Notes under the pieces: model-generated | Database searches by the model: none | What the model saw: the letters and a program-made list of their open reading frames with translations, nothing else | What the model was told of the DNA's origin: nothing | Position numbers and translations under genes: made by a program | Shown: in pieces, positions 40,601-52,600 of the stretch | Layout: each line of letters opens with the position of its first letter | Numbering within the stretch: the first letter of the stretch is position 1 | Assembly: GCA_000004985.1 (NCBI GenBank) | Contig: GG738865.1 | Source of the DNA: Naegleria gruberi | Lineage: Eukaryota | DNA length: 64,000 nt | Reading direction: 5' to 3' (one strand)

Positions 40601-43600
40601 NNNNNNNNNNNNNNNNNNNNNNNNNNNNNNNNNNNNNNNNNNNNNNNNNNNNNNNNNNNNNNNNNNNNNNNNNNNNNNNNNNNNNNNNNNNNNNNNNNNN
40701 NNNNNNNNNNNNNNNNNNNNNNNNNNNNNNNNNNNNNNNNNNNNNNNNNNNNNNNNNNNNNNNNNNNNNNNNNNNNNNNNNNNNNNNNNNNNNNNNNNNN
40801 NNNNNNNNNNNNNNNNNNNNNNNNNNNNNNNNNNNNNNNNNNNNNNNNNNNNNNNNNNNNNNNNNNNNNNNNNNNNNNNNNNNNNNNNNNNNNNNNNNNN
40901 NNNNNNNNNNNNNNNNNNNNNNNNNNNNNNNNNNNNNNNNNNNNNNNNNNNNNNNNNNNNNNNNNNNNNNNNNNNNNNNNNNNNNNNNNNNNNNNNNNNN
41001 NNNNNNNNNNNNNNNNNNNNNNNNNNNNNNNNNNNNNNNNNNNNNNNNNNNNNNNNNNNNNNNNNNNNNNNNNNNNNNNNNNNNNNNNNNNNNNNNNNNN
41101 NNNNNNNNNNNNNNNNNNNNNNNNNNNNNNNNNNNNNNNNNNNNNNNNNNNNNNNNNNNNNNNNNNNNNNNNNNNNNNNNNNNNNNNNNNNNNNNNNNNN
41201 NNNNNNNNNNNNNNNNNNNNNNNNNNNNNNNNNNNNNNNNNNNNNNNNNNNNNNNNNNNNNNNNNNNNNNNNNNNNNNNNNNNNNNNNNNNNNNNNNNNN
41301 NNNNNNNNNNNNNNNNNNNNNNNNNNNNNNNNNNNNNNNNNNNNNNNNNNNNNNNNNNNNNNNNNNNNNNNNNNNNNNNNNNNNNNNNNNNNNNNNNNNN
41401 NNNNNNNNNNNNNNNNNNNNNNNNNNNNNNNNNNNNNNNNNNNNNNNNNNNNNNNNNNNNNNNNNNNNNNNNNNNNNNNNNNNNNNNNNNNNNNNNNNNN
41501 NNNNNNNNNNNNNNNNNNNNNNNNNNNNNNNNNNNNNNNNNNNNNNNNNNNNNNNNNNNNNNNNNNNNNNNNNNNNNNNNNNNNNNNNNNNNNNNNNNNN
41601 NNNNNNNNNNNNNNNNNNNNNNNNNNNNNNNNNNNNNNNNNNNNNNNNNNNNNNNNNNNNNNNNNNNNNNNNNNNNNNNNNNNNNNNNNNNNNNNNNNNN
41701 NNNNNNNNNNNNNNNNNNNNNNNNNNNNNNNNNNNNNNNNNNNNNNNNNNNNNNNNNNNNNNNNNNNNNNNNNNNNNNNNNNNNNNNNNNNNNNNNNNNN
41801 NNNNNNNNNNNNNNNNNNNNNNNNNNNNNNNNNNNNNNNNNNNNNNNNNNNNNNNNNNNNNNNNNNNNNNNNNNNNNNNNNNNNNNNNNNNNNNNNNNNN
41901 NNNNNNNNNNNNNNNNNNNNNNNNNNNNNNNNNNNNNNNNNNNNNNNNNNNNNNNNNNNNNNNNNNNNNNNNNNNNNNNNNNNNNNNNNNNNNNNNNNNN
42001 NNNNNNNNNNNNNNNNNNNNNNNNNNNNNNNNNNNNNNNNNNNNNNNNNNNNNNNNNNNNNNNNNNNNNNNNNNNNNNNNNNNNNNNNNNNNNNNNNNNN
42101 NNNNNNNNNNNNNNNNNNNNNNNNNNNNNNNNNNNNNNNNNNNNNNNNNNNNNNNNNNNNNNNNNNNNNNNNNNNNNNNNNNNNNNNNNNNNNNNNNNNN
42201 NNNNNNNNNNNNNNNNNNNNNNNNNNNNNNNNNNNNNNNNNNNNNNNNNNNNNNNNNNNNNNNNNNNNNNNNNNNNNNNNNNNNNNNNNNNNNNNNNNNN
42301 NNNNNNNNNNNNNNNNNNNNNNNNNNNNNNNNNNNNNNNNNNNNNNNNNNNNNNNNNNNNNNNNNNNNNNNNNNNNNNNNNNNNNNNNNNNNNNNNNNNN
42401 NNNNNNNNNNNNNNNNNNNNNNNNNNNNNNNNNNNNNNNNNNNNNNNNNNNNNNNNNNNNNNNNNNNNNNNNNNNNNNNNNNNNNNNNNNNNNNNNNNNN
42501 NNNNNNNNNNNNNNNNNNNNNNNNNNNNNNNNNNNNNNNNNNNNNNNNNNNNNNNNNNNNNNNNNNNNNNNNNNNNNNNNNNNNNNNNNNNNNNNNNNNN
42601 NNNNNNNNNNNNNNNNNNNNNNNNNNNNNNNNNNNNNNNNNNNNNNNNNNNNNNNNNNNNNNNNNNNNNNNNNNNNNNNNNNNNNNNNNNNNNNNNNNNN
42701 NNNNNNNNNNNNNNNNNNNNNNNNNNNNNNNNNNNNNNNNNNNNNNNNNNNNNNNNNNNNNNNNNNNNNNNNNNNNNNNNNNNNNNNNNNNNNNNNNNNN
42801 NNNNNNNNNNNNNNNNNNNNNNNNNNNNNNNNNNNNNNNNNNNNNNNNNNNNNNNNNNNNNNNNNNNNNNNNNNNNNNNNNNNNNNNNNNNNNNNNNNNN
42901 NNNNNNNNNNNNNNNNNNNNNNNNNNNNNNNNNNNNNNNNNNNNNNNNNNNNNNNNNNNNNNNNNNNNNNNNNNNNNNNNNNNNNNNNNNNNNNNNNNNN
43001 NNNNNNNNNNNNNNNNNNNNNNNNNNNNNNNNNNNNNNNNNNNNNNNNNNNNNNNNNNNNNNNNNNNNNNNNNNNNNNNNNNNNNNNNNNNNNNNNNNNN
43101 NNNNNNNNNNNNNNNNNNNNNNNNNNNNNNNNNNNNNNNNNNNNNNNNNNNNNNNNNNNNNNNNNNNNNNNNNNNNNNNNNNNNNNNNNNNNNNNNNNNN
43201 NNNNNNNNNNNNNNNNNNNNNNNNNNNNNNNNNNNNNNNNNNNNNNNNNNNNNNNNNNNNNNNNNNNNNNNNNNNNNNNNNNNNNNNNNNNNNNNNNNNN
43301 NNNNNNNNNNNNNNNNNNNNNNNNNNNNNNNNNNNNNNNNNNNNNNNNNNNNNNNNNNNNNNNNNNNNNNNNNNNNNNNNNNNNNNNNNNNNNNNNNNNN
43401 NNNNNNNNNNNNNNNNNNNNNNNNNNNNNNNNNNNNNNNNNNNNNNNNNNNNNNNNNNNNNNNNNNNNNNNNNNNNNNNNNNNNNNNNNNNNNNNNNNNN
43501 NNNNNNNNNNNNNNNNNNNNNNNNNNNNNNNNNNNNNNNNNNNNNNNNNNNNNNNNNNNNNNNNNNNNNNNNNNNNNNNNNNNNNNNNNNNNNNNNNNNN

Positions 43601-46600
43601 NNNNNNNNNNNNNNNNNNNNNNNNNNNNNNNNNNNNNNNNNNNNNNNNNNNNNNNNNNNNNNNNNNNNNNNNNNNNNNNNNNNNNNNNNNNNNNNNNNNN
43701 NNNNNNNNNNNNNNNNNNNNNNNNNNNNNNNNNNNNNNNNNNNNNNNNNNNNNNNNNNNNNNNNNNNNNNNNNNNNNNNNNNNNNNNNNNNNNNNNNNNN
43801 NNNNNNNNNNNNNNNNNNNNNNNNNNNNNNNNNNNNNNNNNNNNNNNNNNNNNNNNNNNNNNNNNNNNNNNNNNNNNNNNNNNNNNNNNNNNNNNNNNNN
43901 NNNNNNNNNNNNNNNNNNNNNNNNNNNNNNNNNNNNNNNNNNNNNNNNNNNNNNNNNNNNNNNNNNNNNNNNNNNNNNNNNNNNNNNNNNNNNNNNNNNN
44001 NNNNNNNNNNNNNNNNNNNNNNNNNNNNNNNNNNNNNNNNNNNNNNNNNNNNNNNNNNNNNNNNNNNNNNNNNNNNNNNNNNNNNNNNNNNNNNNNNNNN
44101 NNNNNNNNNNNNNNNNNNNNNNNNNNNNNNNNNNNNNNNNNNNNNNNNNNNNNNNNNNNNNNNNNNNNNNNNNNNNNNNNNNNNNNNNNNNNNNNNNNNN
44201 NNNNNNNNNNNNNNNNNNNNNNNNNNNNNNNNNNNNNNNNNNNNNNNNNNNNNNNNNNNNNNNNNNNNNNNNNNNNNNNNNNNNNNNNNNNNNNNNNNNN
44301 NNNNNNNNNNNNNNNNNNNNNNNNNNNNNNNNNNNNNNNNNNNNNNNNNNNNNNNNNNNNNNNNNNNNNNNNNNNNNNNNNNNNNNNNNNNNNNNNNNNN
44401 NNNNNNNNNNNNNNNNNNNNNNNNNNNNNNNNNNNNNNNNNNNNNNNNNNNNNNNNNNNNNNNNNNNNNNNNNNNNNNNNNNNNNNNNNNNNNNNNNNNN
44501 NNNNNNNNNNNNNNNNNNNNNNNNNNNNNNNNNNNNNNNNNNNNNNNNNNNNNNNNNNNNNNNNNNNNNNNNNNNNNNNNNNNNNNNNNNNNNNNNNNNN
44601 NNNNNNNNNNNNNNNNNNNNNNNNNNNNNNNNNNNNNNNNNNNNNNNNNNNNNNNNNNNNNNNNNNNNNNNNNNNNNNNNNNNNNNNNNNNNNNNNNNNN
44701 NNNNNNNNNNNNNNNNNNNNNNNNNNNNNNNNNNNNNNNNNNNNNNNNNNNNNNNNNNNNNNNNNNNNNNNNNNNNNNNNNNNNNNNNNNNNNNNNNNNN
44801 NNNNNNNNNNNNNNNNNNNNNNNNNNNNNNNNNNNNNNNNNNNNNNNNNNNNNNNNNNNNNNNNNNNNNNNNNNNNNNNNNNNNNNNNNNNNNNNNNNNN
44901 NNNNNNNNNNNNNNNNNNNNNNNNNNNNNNNNNNNNNNNNNNNNNNNNNNNNNNNNNNNNNNNNNNNNNNNNNNNNNNNNNNNNNNNNNNNNNNNNNNNN
45001 NNNNNNNNNNNNNNNNNNNNNNNNNNNNNNNNNNNNNNNNNNNNNNNNNNNNNNNNNNNNNNNNNNNNNNNNNNNNNNNNNNNNNNNNNNNNNNNNNNNN
45101 NNNNNNNNNNNNNNNNNNNNNNNNNNNNNNNNNNNNNNNNNNNNNNNNNNNNNNNNNNNNNNNNNNNNNNNNNNNNNNNNNNNNNNNNNNNNNNNNNNNN
45201 NNNNNNNNNNNNNNNNNNNNNNNNNNNNNNNNNNNNNNNNNNNNNNNNNNNNNNNNNNNNNNNNNNNNNNNNNNNNNNNNNNNNNNNNNNNNNNNNNNNN
45301 NNNNNNNNNNNNNNNNNNNNNNNNNNNNNNNNNNNNNNNNNNNNNNNNNNNNNNNNNNNNNNNNNNNNNNNNNNNNNNNNNNNNNNNNNNNNNNNNNNNN
45401 NNNNNNNNNNNNNNNNNNNNNNNNNNNNNNNNNNNNNNNNNNNNNNNNNNNNNNNNNNNNNNNNNNNNNNNNNNNNNNNNNNNNNNNNNNNNNNNNNNNN
45501 NNNNNNNNNNNNNNNNNNNNNNNNNNNNNNNNNNNNNNNNNNNNNNNNNNNNNNNNNNNNNNNNNNNNNNNNNNNNNNNNNNNNNNNNNNNNNNNNNNNN
45601 NNNNNNNNNNNNNNNNNNNNNNNNNNNNNNNNNNNNNNNNNNNNNNNNNNNNNNNNNNNNNNNNNNNNNNNNNNNNNNNNNNNNNNNNNNNNNNNNNNNN
45701 NNNNNNNNNNNNNNNNNNNNNNNNNNNNNNNNNNNNNNNNNNNNNNNNNNNNNNNNNNNNNNNNNNNNNNNNNNNNNNNNNNNNNNNNNNNNNNNNNNNN
45801 NNNNNNNNNNNNNNNNNNNNNNNNNNNNNNNNNNNNNNNNNNNNNNNNNNNNNNNNNNNNNNNNNNNNNNNNNNNNNNNNNNNNNNNNNNNNNNNNNNNN
45901 NNNNNNNNNNNNNNNNNNNNNNNNNNNNNNNNNNNNNNNNNNNNNNNNNNNNNNNNNNNNNNNNNNNNNNNNNNNNNNNNNNNNNNNNNNNNNNNNNNNN
46001 NNNNNNNNNNNNNNNNNNNNNNNNNNNNNNNNNNNNNNNNNNNNNNNNNNNNNNNNNNNNNNNNNNNNNNNNNNNNNNNNNNNNNNNNNNNNNNNNNNNN
46101 NNNNNNNNNNNNNNNNNNNNNNNNNNNNNNNNNNNNNNNNNNNNNNNNNNNNNNNNNNNNNNNNNNNNNNNNNNNNNNNNNNNNNNNNNNNNNNNNNNNN
46201 NNNNNNNNNNNNNNNNNNNNNNNNNNNNNNNNNNNNNNNNNNNNNNNNNNNNNNNNNNNNNNNNNNNNNNNNNNNNNNNNNNNNNNNNNNNNNNNNNNNN
46301 NNNNNNNNNNNNNNNNNNNNNNNNNNNNNNNNNNNNNNNNNNNNNNNNNNNNNNNNNNNNNNNNNNNNNNNNNNNNNNNNNNNNNNNNNNNNNNNNNNNN
46401 NNNNNNNNNNNNNNNNNNNNNNNNNNNNNNNNNNNNNNNNNNNNNNNNNNNNNNNNNNNNNNNNNNNNNNNNNNNNNNNNNNNNNNNNNNNNNNNNNNNN
46501 NNNNNNNNNNNNNNNNNNNNNNNNNNNNNNNNNNNNNNNNNNNNNNNNNNNNNNNNNNNNNNNNNNNNNNNNNNNNNNNNNNNNNNNNNNNNNNNNNNNN

Positions 46601-49600
46601 NNNNNNNNNNNNNNNNNNNNNNNNNNNNNNNNNNNNNNNNNNNNNNNNNNNNNNNNNNNNNNNNNNNNNNNNNNNNNNNNNNNNNNNNNNNNNNNNNNNN
46701 NNNNNNNNNNNNNNNNNNNNNNNNNNNNNNNNNNNNNNNNNNNNNNNNNNNNNNNNNNNNNNNNNNNNNNNNNNNNNNNNNNNNNNNNNNNNNNNNNNNN
46801 NNNNNNNNNNNNNNNNNNNNNNNNNNNNNNNNNNNNNNNNNNNNNNNNNNNNNNNNNNNNNNNNNNNNNNNNNNNNNNNNNNNNNNNNNNNNNNNNNNNN
46901 NNNNNNNNNNNNNNNNNNNNNNNNNNNNNNNNNNNNNNNNNNNNNNNNNNNNNNNNNNNNNNNNNNNNNNNNNNNNNNNNNNNNNNNNNNNNNNNNNNNN
47001 NNNNNNNNNNNNNNNNNNNNNNNNNNNNNNNNNNNNNNNNNNNNNNNNNNNNNNNNNNNNNNNNNNNNNNNNNNNNNNNNNNNNNNNNNNNNNNNNNNNN
47101 NNNNNNNNNNNNNNNNNNNNNNNNNNNNNNNNNNNNNNNNNNNNNNNNNNNNNNNNNNNNNNNNNNNNNNNNNNNNNNNNNNNNNNNNNNNNNNNNNNNN
47201 NNNNNNNNNNNNNNNNNNNNNNNNNNNNNNNNNNNNNNNNNNNNNNNNNNNNNNNNNNNNNNNNNNNNNNNNNNNNNNNNNNNNNNNNNNNNNNNNNNNN
47301 NNNNNNNNNNNNNNNNNNNNNNNNNNNNNNNNNNNNNNNNNNNNNNNNNNNNNNNNNNNNNNNNNNNNNNNNNNNNNNNNNNNNNNNNNNNNNNNNNNNN
47401 NNNNNNNNNNNNNNNNNNNNNNNNNNNNNNNNNNNNNNNNNNNNNNNNNNNNNNNNNNNNNNNNNNNNNNNNNNNNNNNNNNNNNNNNNNNNNNNNNNNN
47501 NNNNNNNNNNNNNNNNNNNNNNNNNNNNNNNNNNNNNNNNNNNNNNNNNNNNNNNNNNNNNNNNNNNNNNNNNNNNNNNNNNNNNNNNNNNNNNNNNNNN
47601 NNNNNNNNNNNNNNNNNNNNNNNNNNNNNNNNNNNNNNNNNNNNNNNNNNNNNNNNNNNNNNNNNNNNNNNNNNNNNNNNNNNNNNNNNNNNNNNNNNNN
47701 NNNNNNNNNNNNNNNNNNNNNNNNNNNNNNNNNNNNNNNNNNNNNNNNNNNNNNNNNNNNNNNNNNNNNNNNNNNNNNNNNNNNNNNNNNNNNNNNNNNN
47801 NNNNNNNNNNNNNNNNNNNNNNNNNNNNNNNNNNNNNNNNNNNNNNNNNNNNNNNNNNNNNNNNNNNNNNNNNNNNNNNNNNNNNNNNNNNNNNNNNNNN
47901 NNNNNNNNNNNNNNNNNNNNNNNNNNNNNNNNNNNNNNNNNNNNNNNNNNNNNNNNNNNNNNNNNNNNNNNNNNNNNNNNNNNNNNNNNNNNNNNNNNNN
48001 NNNNNNNNNNNNNNNNNNNNNNNNNNNNNNNNNNNNNNNNNNNNNNNNNNNNNNNNNNNNNNNNNNNNNNNNNNNNNNNNNNNNNNNNNNNNNNNNNNNN
48101 NNNNNNNNNNNNNNNNNNNNNNNNNNNNNNNNNNNNNNNNNNNNNNNNNNNNNNNNNNNNNNNNNNNNNNNNNNNNNNNNNNNNNNNNNNNNNNNNNNNN
48201 NNNNNNNNNNNNNNNNNNNNNNNNNNNNNNNNNNNNNNNNNNNNNNNNNNNNNNNNNNNNNNNNNNNNNNNNNNNNNNNNNNNNNNNNNNNNNNNNNNNN
48301 NNNNNNNNNNNNNNNNNNNNNNNNNNNNNNNNNNNNNNNNNNNNNNNNNNNNNNNNNNNNNNNNNNNNNNNNNNNNNNNNNNNNNNNNNNNNNNNNNNNN
48401 NNNNNNNNNNNNNNNNNNNNNNNNNNNNNNNNNNNNNNNNNNNNNNNNNNNNNNNNNNNNNNNNNNNNNNNNNNNNNNNNNNNNNNNNNNNNNNNNNNNN
48501 NNNNNNNNNNNNNNNNNNNNNNNNNNNNNNNNNNNNNNNNNNNNNNNNNNNNNNNNNNNNNNNNNNNNNNNNNNNNNNNNNNNNNNNNNNNNNNNNNNNN
48601 NNNNNNNNNNNNNNNNNNNNNNNNNNNNNNNNNNNNNNNNNNNNNNNNNNNNNNNNNNNNNNNNNNNNNNNNNNNNNNNNNNNNNNNNNNNNNNNNNNNN
48701 NNNNNNNNNNNNNNNNNNNNNNNNNNNNNNNNNNNNNNNNNNNNNNNNNNNNNNNNNNNNNNNNNNNNNNNNNNNNNNNNNNNNNNNNNNNNNNNNNNNN
48801 NNNNNNNNNNNNNNNNNNNNNNNNNNNNNNNNNNNNNNNNNNNNNNNNNNNNNNNNNNNNNNNNNNNNNNNNNNNNNNNNNNNNNNNNNNNNNNNNNNNN
48901 NNNNNNNNNNNNNNNNNNNNNNNNNNNNNNNNNNNNNNNNNNNNNNNNNNNNNNNNNNNNNNNNNNNNNNNNNNNNNNNNNNNNNNNNNNNNNNNNNNNN
49001 NNNNNNNNNNNNNNNNNNNNNNNNNNNNNNNNNNNNNNNNNNNNNNNNNNNNNNNNNNNNNNNNNNNNNNNNNNNNNNNNNNNNNNNNNNNNNNNNNNNN
49101 NNNNNNNNNNNNNNNNNNNNNNNNNNNNNNNNNNNNNNNNNNNNNNNNNNNNNNNNNNNNNNNNNNNNNNNNNNNNNNNNNNNNNNNNNNNNNNNNNNNN
49201 NNNNNNNNNNNNNNNNNNNNNNNNNNNNNNNNNNNNNNNNNNNNNNNNNNNNNNNNNNNNNNNNNNNNNNNNNNNNNNNNNNNNNNNNNNNNNNNNNNNN
49301 NNNNNNNNNNNNNNNNNNNNNNNNNNNNNNNNNNNNNNNNNNNNNNNNNNNNNNNNNNNNNNNNNNNNNNNNNNNNNNNNNNNNNNNNNNNNNNNNNNNN
49401 NNNNNNNNNNNNNNNNNNNNNNNNNNNNNNNNNNNNNNNNNNNNNNNNNNNNNNNNNNNNNNNNNNNNNNNNNNNNNNNNNNNNNNNNNNNNNNNNNNNN
49501 NNNNNNNNNNNNNNNNNNNNNNNNNNNNNNNNNNNNNNNNNNNNNNNNNNNNNNNNNNNNNNNNNNNNNNNNNNNNNNNNNNNNNNNNNNNNNNNNNNNN

Positions 49601-52600
49601 NNNNNNNNNNNNNNNNNNNNNNNNNNNNNNNNNNNNNNNNNNNNNNNNNNNNNNNNNNNNNNNNNNNNNNNNNNNNNNNNNNNNNNNNNNNNNNNNNNNN
49701 NNNNNNNNNNNNNNNNNNNNNNNNNNNNNNNNNNNNNNNNNNNNNNNNNNNNNNNNNNNNNNNNNNNNNNNNNNNNNNNNNNNNNNNNNNNNNNNNNNNN
49801 NNNNNNNNNNNNNNNNNNNNNNNNNNNNNNNNNNNNNNNNNNNNNNNNNNNNNNNNNNNNNNNNNNNNNNNNNNNNNNNNNNNNNNNNNNNNNNNNNNNN
49901 NNNNNNNNNNNNNNNNNNNNNNNNNNNNNNNNNNNNNNNNNNNNNNNNNNNNNNNNNNNNNNNNNNNNNNNNNNNNNNNNNNNNNNNNNNNNNNNNNNNN
50001 NNNNNNNNNNNNNNNNNNNNNNNNNNNNNNNNNNNNNNNNNNNNNNNNNNNNNNNNNNNNNNNNNNNNNNNNNNNNNNNNNNNNNNNNNNNNNNNNNNNN
50101 NNNNNNNNNNNNNNNNNNNNNNNNNNNNNNNNNNNNNNNNNNNNNNNNNNNNNNNNNNNNNNNNNNNNNNNNNNNNNNNNNNNNNNNNNNNNNNNNNNNN
50201 NNNNNNNNNNNNNNNNNNNNNNNNNNNNNNNNNNNNNNNNNNNNNNNNNNNNNNNNNNNNNNNNNNNNNNNNNNNNNNNNNNNNNNNNNNNNNNNNNNNN
50301 NNNNNNNNNNNNNNNNNNNNNNNNNNNNNNNNNNNNNNNNNNNNNNNNNNNNNNNNNNNNNNNNNNNNNNNNNNNNNNNNNNNNNNNNNNNNNNNNNNNN
50401 NNNNNNNNNNNNNNNNNNNNNNNNNNNNNNNNNNNNNNNNNNNNNNNNNNNNNNNNNNNNNNNNNNNNNNNNNNNNNNNNNNNNNNNNNNNNNNNNNNNN
50501 NNNNNNNNNNNNNNNNNNNNNNNNNNNNNNNNNNNNNNNNNNNNNNNNNNNNNNNNNNNNNNNNNNNNNNNNNNNNNNNNNNNNNNNNNNNNNNNNNNNN
50601 NNNNNNNNNNNNNNNNNNNNNNNNNNNNNNNNNNNNNNNNNNNNNNNNNNNNNNNNNNNNNNNNNNNNNNNNNNNNNNNNNNNNNNNNNNNNNNNNNNNN
50701 NNNNNNNNNNNNNNNNNNNNNNNNNNNNNNNNNNNNNNNNNNNNNNNNNNNNNNNNNNNNNNNNNNNNNNNNNNNNNNNNNNNNNNNNNNNNNNNNNNNN
50801 NNNNNNNNNNNNNNNNNNNNNNNNNNNNNNNNNNNNNNNNNNNNNNNNNNNNNNNNNNNNNNNNNNNNNNNNNNNNNNNNNNNNNNNNNNNNNNNNNNNN
50901 NNNNNNNNNNNNNNNNNNNNNNNNNNNNNNNNNNNNNNNNNNNNNNNNNNNNNNNNNNNNNNNNNNNNNNNNNNNNNNNNNNNNNNNNNNNNNNNNNNNN
51001 NNNNNNNNNNNNNNNNNNNNNNNNNNNNNNNNNNNNNNNNNNNNNNNNNNNNNNNNNNNNNNNNNNNNNNNNNNNNNNNNNNNNNNNNNNNNNNNNNNNN
51101 NNNNNNNNNNNNNNNNNNNNNNNNNNNNNNNNNNNNNNNNNNNNNNNNNNNNNNNNNNNNNNNNNNNNNNNNNNNNNNNNNNNNNNNNNNNNNNNNNNNN
51201 NNNNNNNNNNNNNNNNNNNNNNNNNNNNNNNNNNNNNNNNNNNNNNNNNNNNNNNNNNNNNNNNNNNNNNNNNNNNNNNNNNNNNNNNNNNNNNNNNNNN
51301 NNNNNNNNNNNNNNNNNNNNNNNNNNNNNNNNNNNNNNNNNNNNNNNNNNNNNNNNNNNNNNNNNNNNNNNNNNNNNNNNNNNNNNNNNNNNNNNNNNNN
51401 NNNNNNNNNNNNNNNNNNNNNNNNNNNNNNNNNNNNNNNNNNNNNNNNNNNNNNNNNNNNNNNNNNNNNNNNNNNNNNNNNNNNNNNNNNNNNNNNNNNN
51501 NNNNNNNNNNNNNNNNNNNNNNNNNNNNNNNNNNNNNNNNNNNNNNNNNNNNNNNNNNNNNNNNNNNNNNNNNNNNNNNNNNNNNNNNNNNNNNNNNNNN
51601 NNNNNNNNNNNNNNNNNNNNNNNNNNNNNNNNNNNNNNNNNNNNNNNNNNNNNNNNNNNNNNNNNNNNNNNNNNNNNNNNNNNNNNNNNNNNNNNNNNNN
51701 NNNNNNNNNNNNNNNNNNNNNNNNNNNNNNNNNNNNNNNNNNNNNNNNNNNNNNNNNNNNNNNNNNNNNNNNNNNNNNNNNNNNNNNNNNNNNNNNNNNN
51801 NNNNNNNNNNNNNNNNNNNNNNNNNNNNNNNNNNNNNNNNNNNNNNNNNNNNNNNNNNNNNNNNNNNNNNNNNNNNNNNNNNNNNNNNNNNNNNNNNNNN
51901 NNNNNNNNNNNNNNNNNNNNNNNNNNNNNNNNNNNNNNNNNNNNNNNNNNNNNNNNNNNNNNNNNNNNNNNNNNNNNNNNNNNNNNNNNNNNNNNNNNNN
52001 NNNNNNNNNNNNNNNNNNNNNNNNNNNNNNNNNNNNNNNNNNNNNNNNNNNNNNNNNNNNNNNNNNNNNNNNNNNNNNNNNNNNNNNNNNNNNNNNNNNN
52101 NNNNNNNNNNNNNNNNNNNNNNNNNNNNNNNNNNNNNNNNNNNNNNNNNNNNNNNNNNNNNNNNNNNNNNNNNNNNNNNNNNNNNNNNNNNNNNNNNNNN
52201 NNNNNNNNNNNNNNNNNNNNNNNNNNNNNNNNNNNNNNNNNNNNNNNNNNNNNNNNNNNNNNNNNNNNNNNNNNNNNNNNNNNNNNNNNNNNNNNNNNNN
52301 NNNNNNNNNNNNNNNNNNNNNNNNNNNNNNNNNNNNNNNNNNNNNNNNNNNNNNNNNNNNNNNNNNNNNNNNNNNNNNNNNNNNNNNNNNNNNNNNNNNN
52401 NNNNNNNNNNNNNNNNNNNNNNNNNNNNNNNNNNNNNNNNNNNNNNNNNNNNNNNNNNNNNNNNNNNNNNNNNNNNNNNNNNNNNNNNNNNNNNNNNNNN
52501 NNNNNNNNNNNNNNNNNNNNNNNNNNNNNNNNNNNNNNNNNNNNNNNNNNNNNNNNNNNNNNNNNNNNNNNNNNNNNNNNNNNNNNNNNNNNNNNNNNNN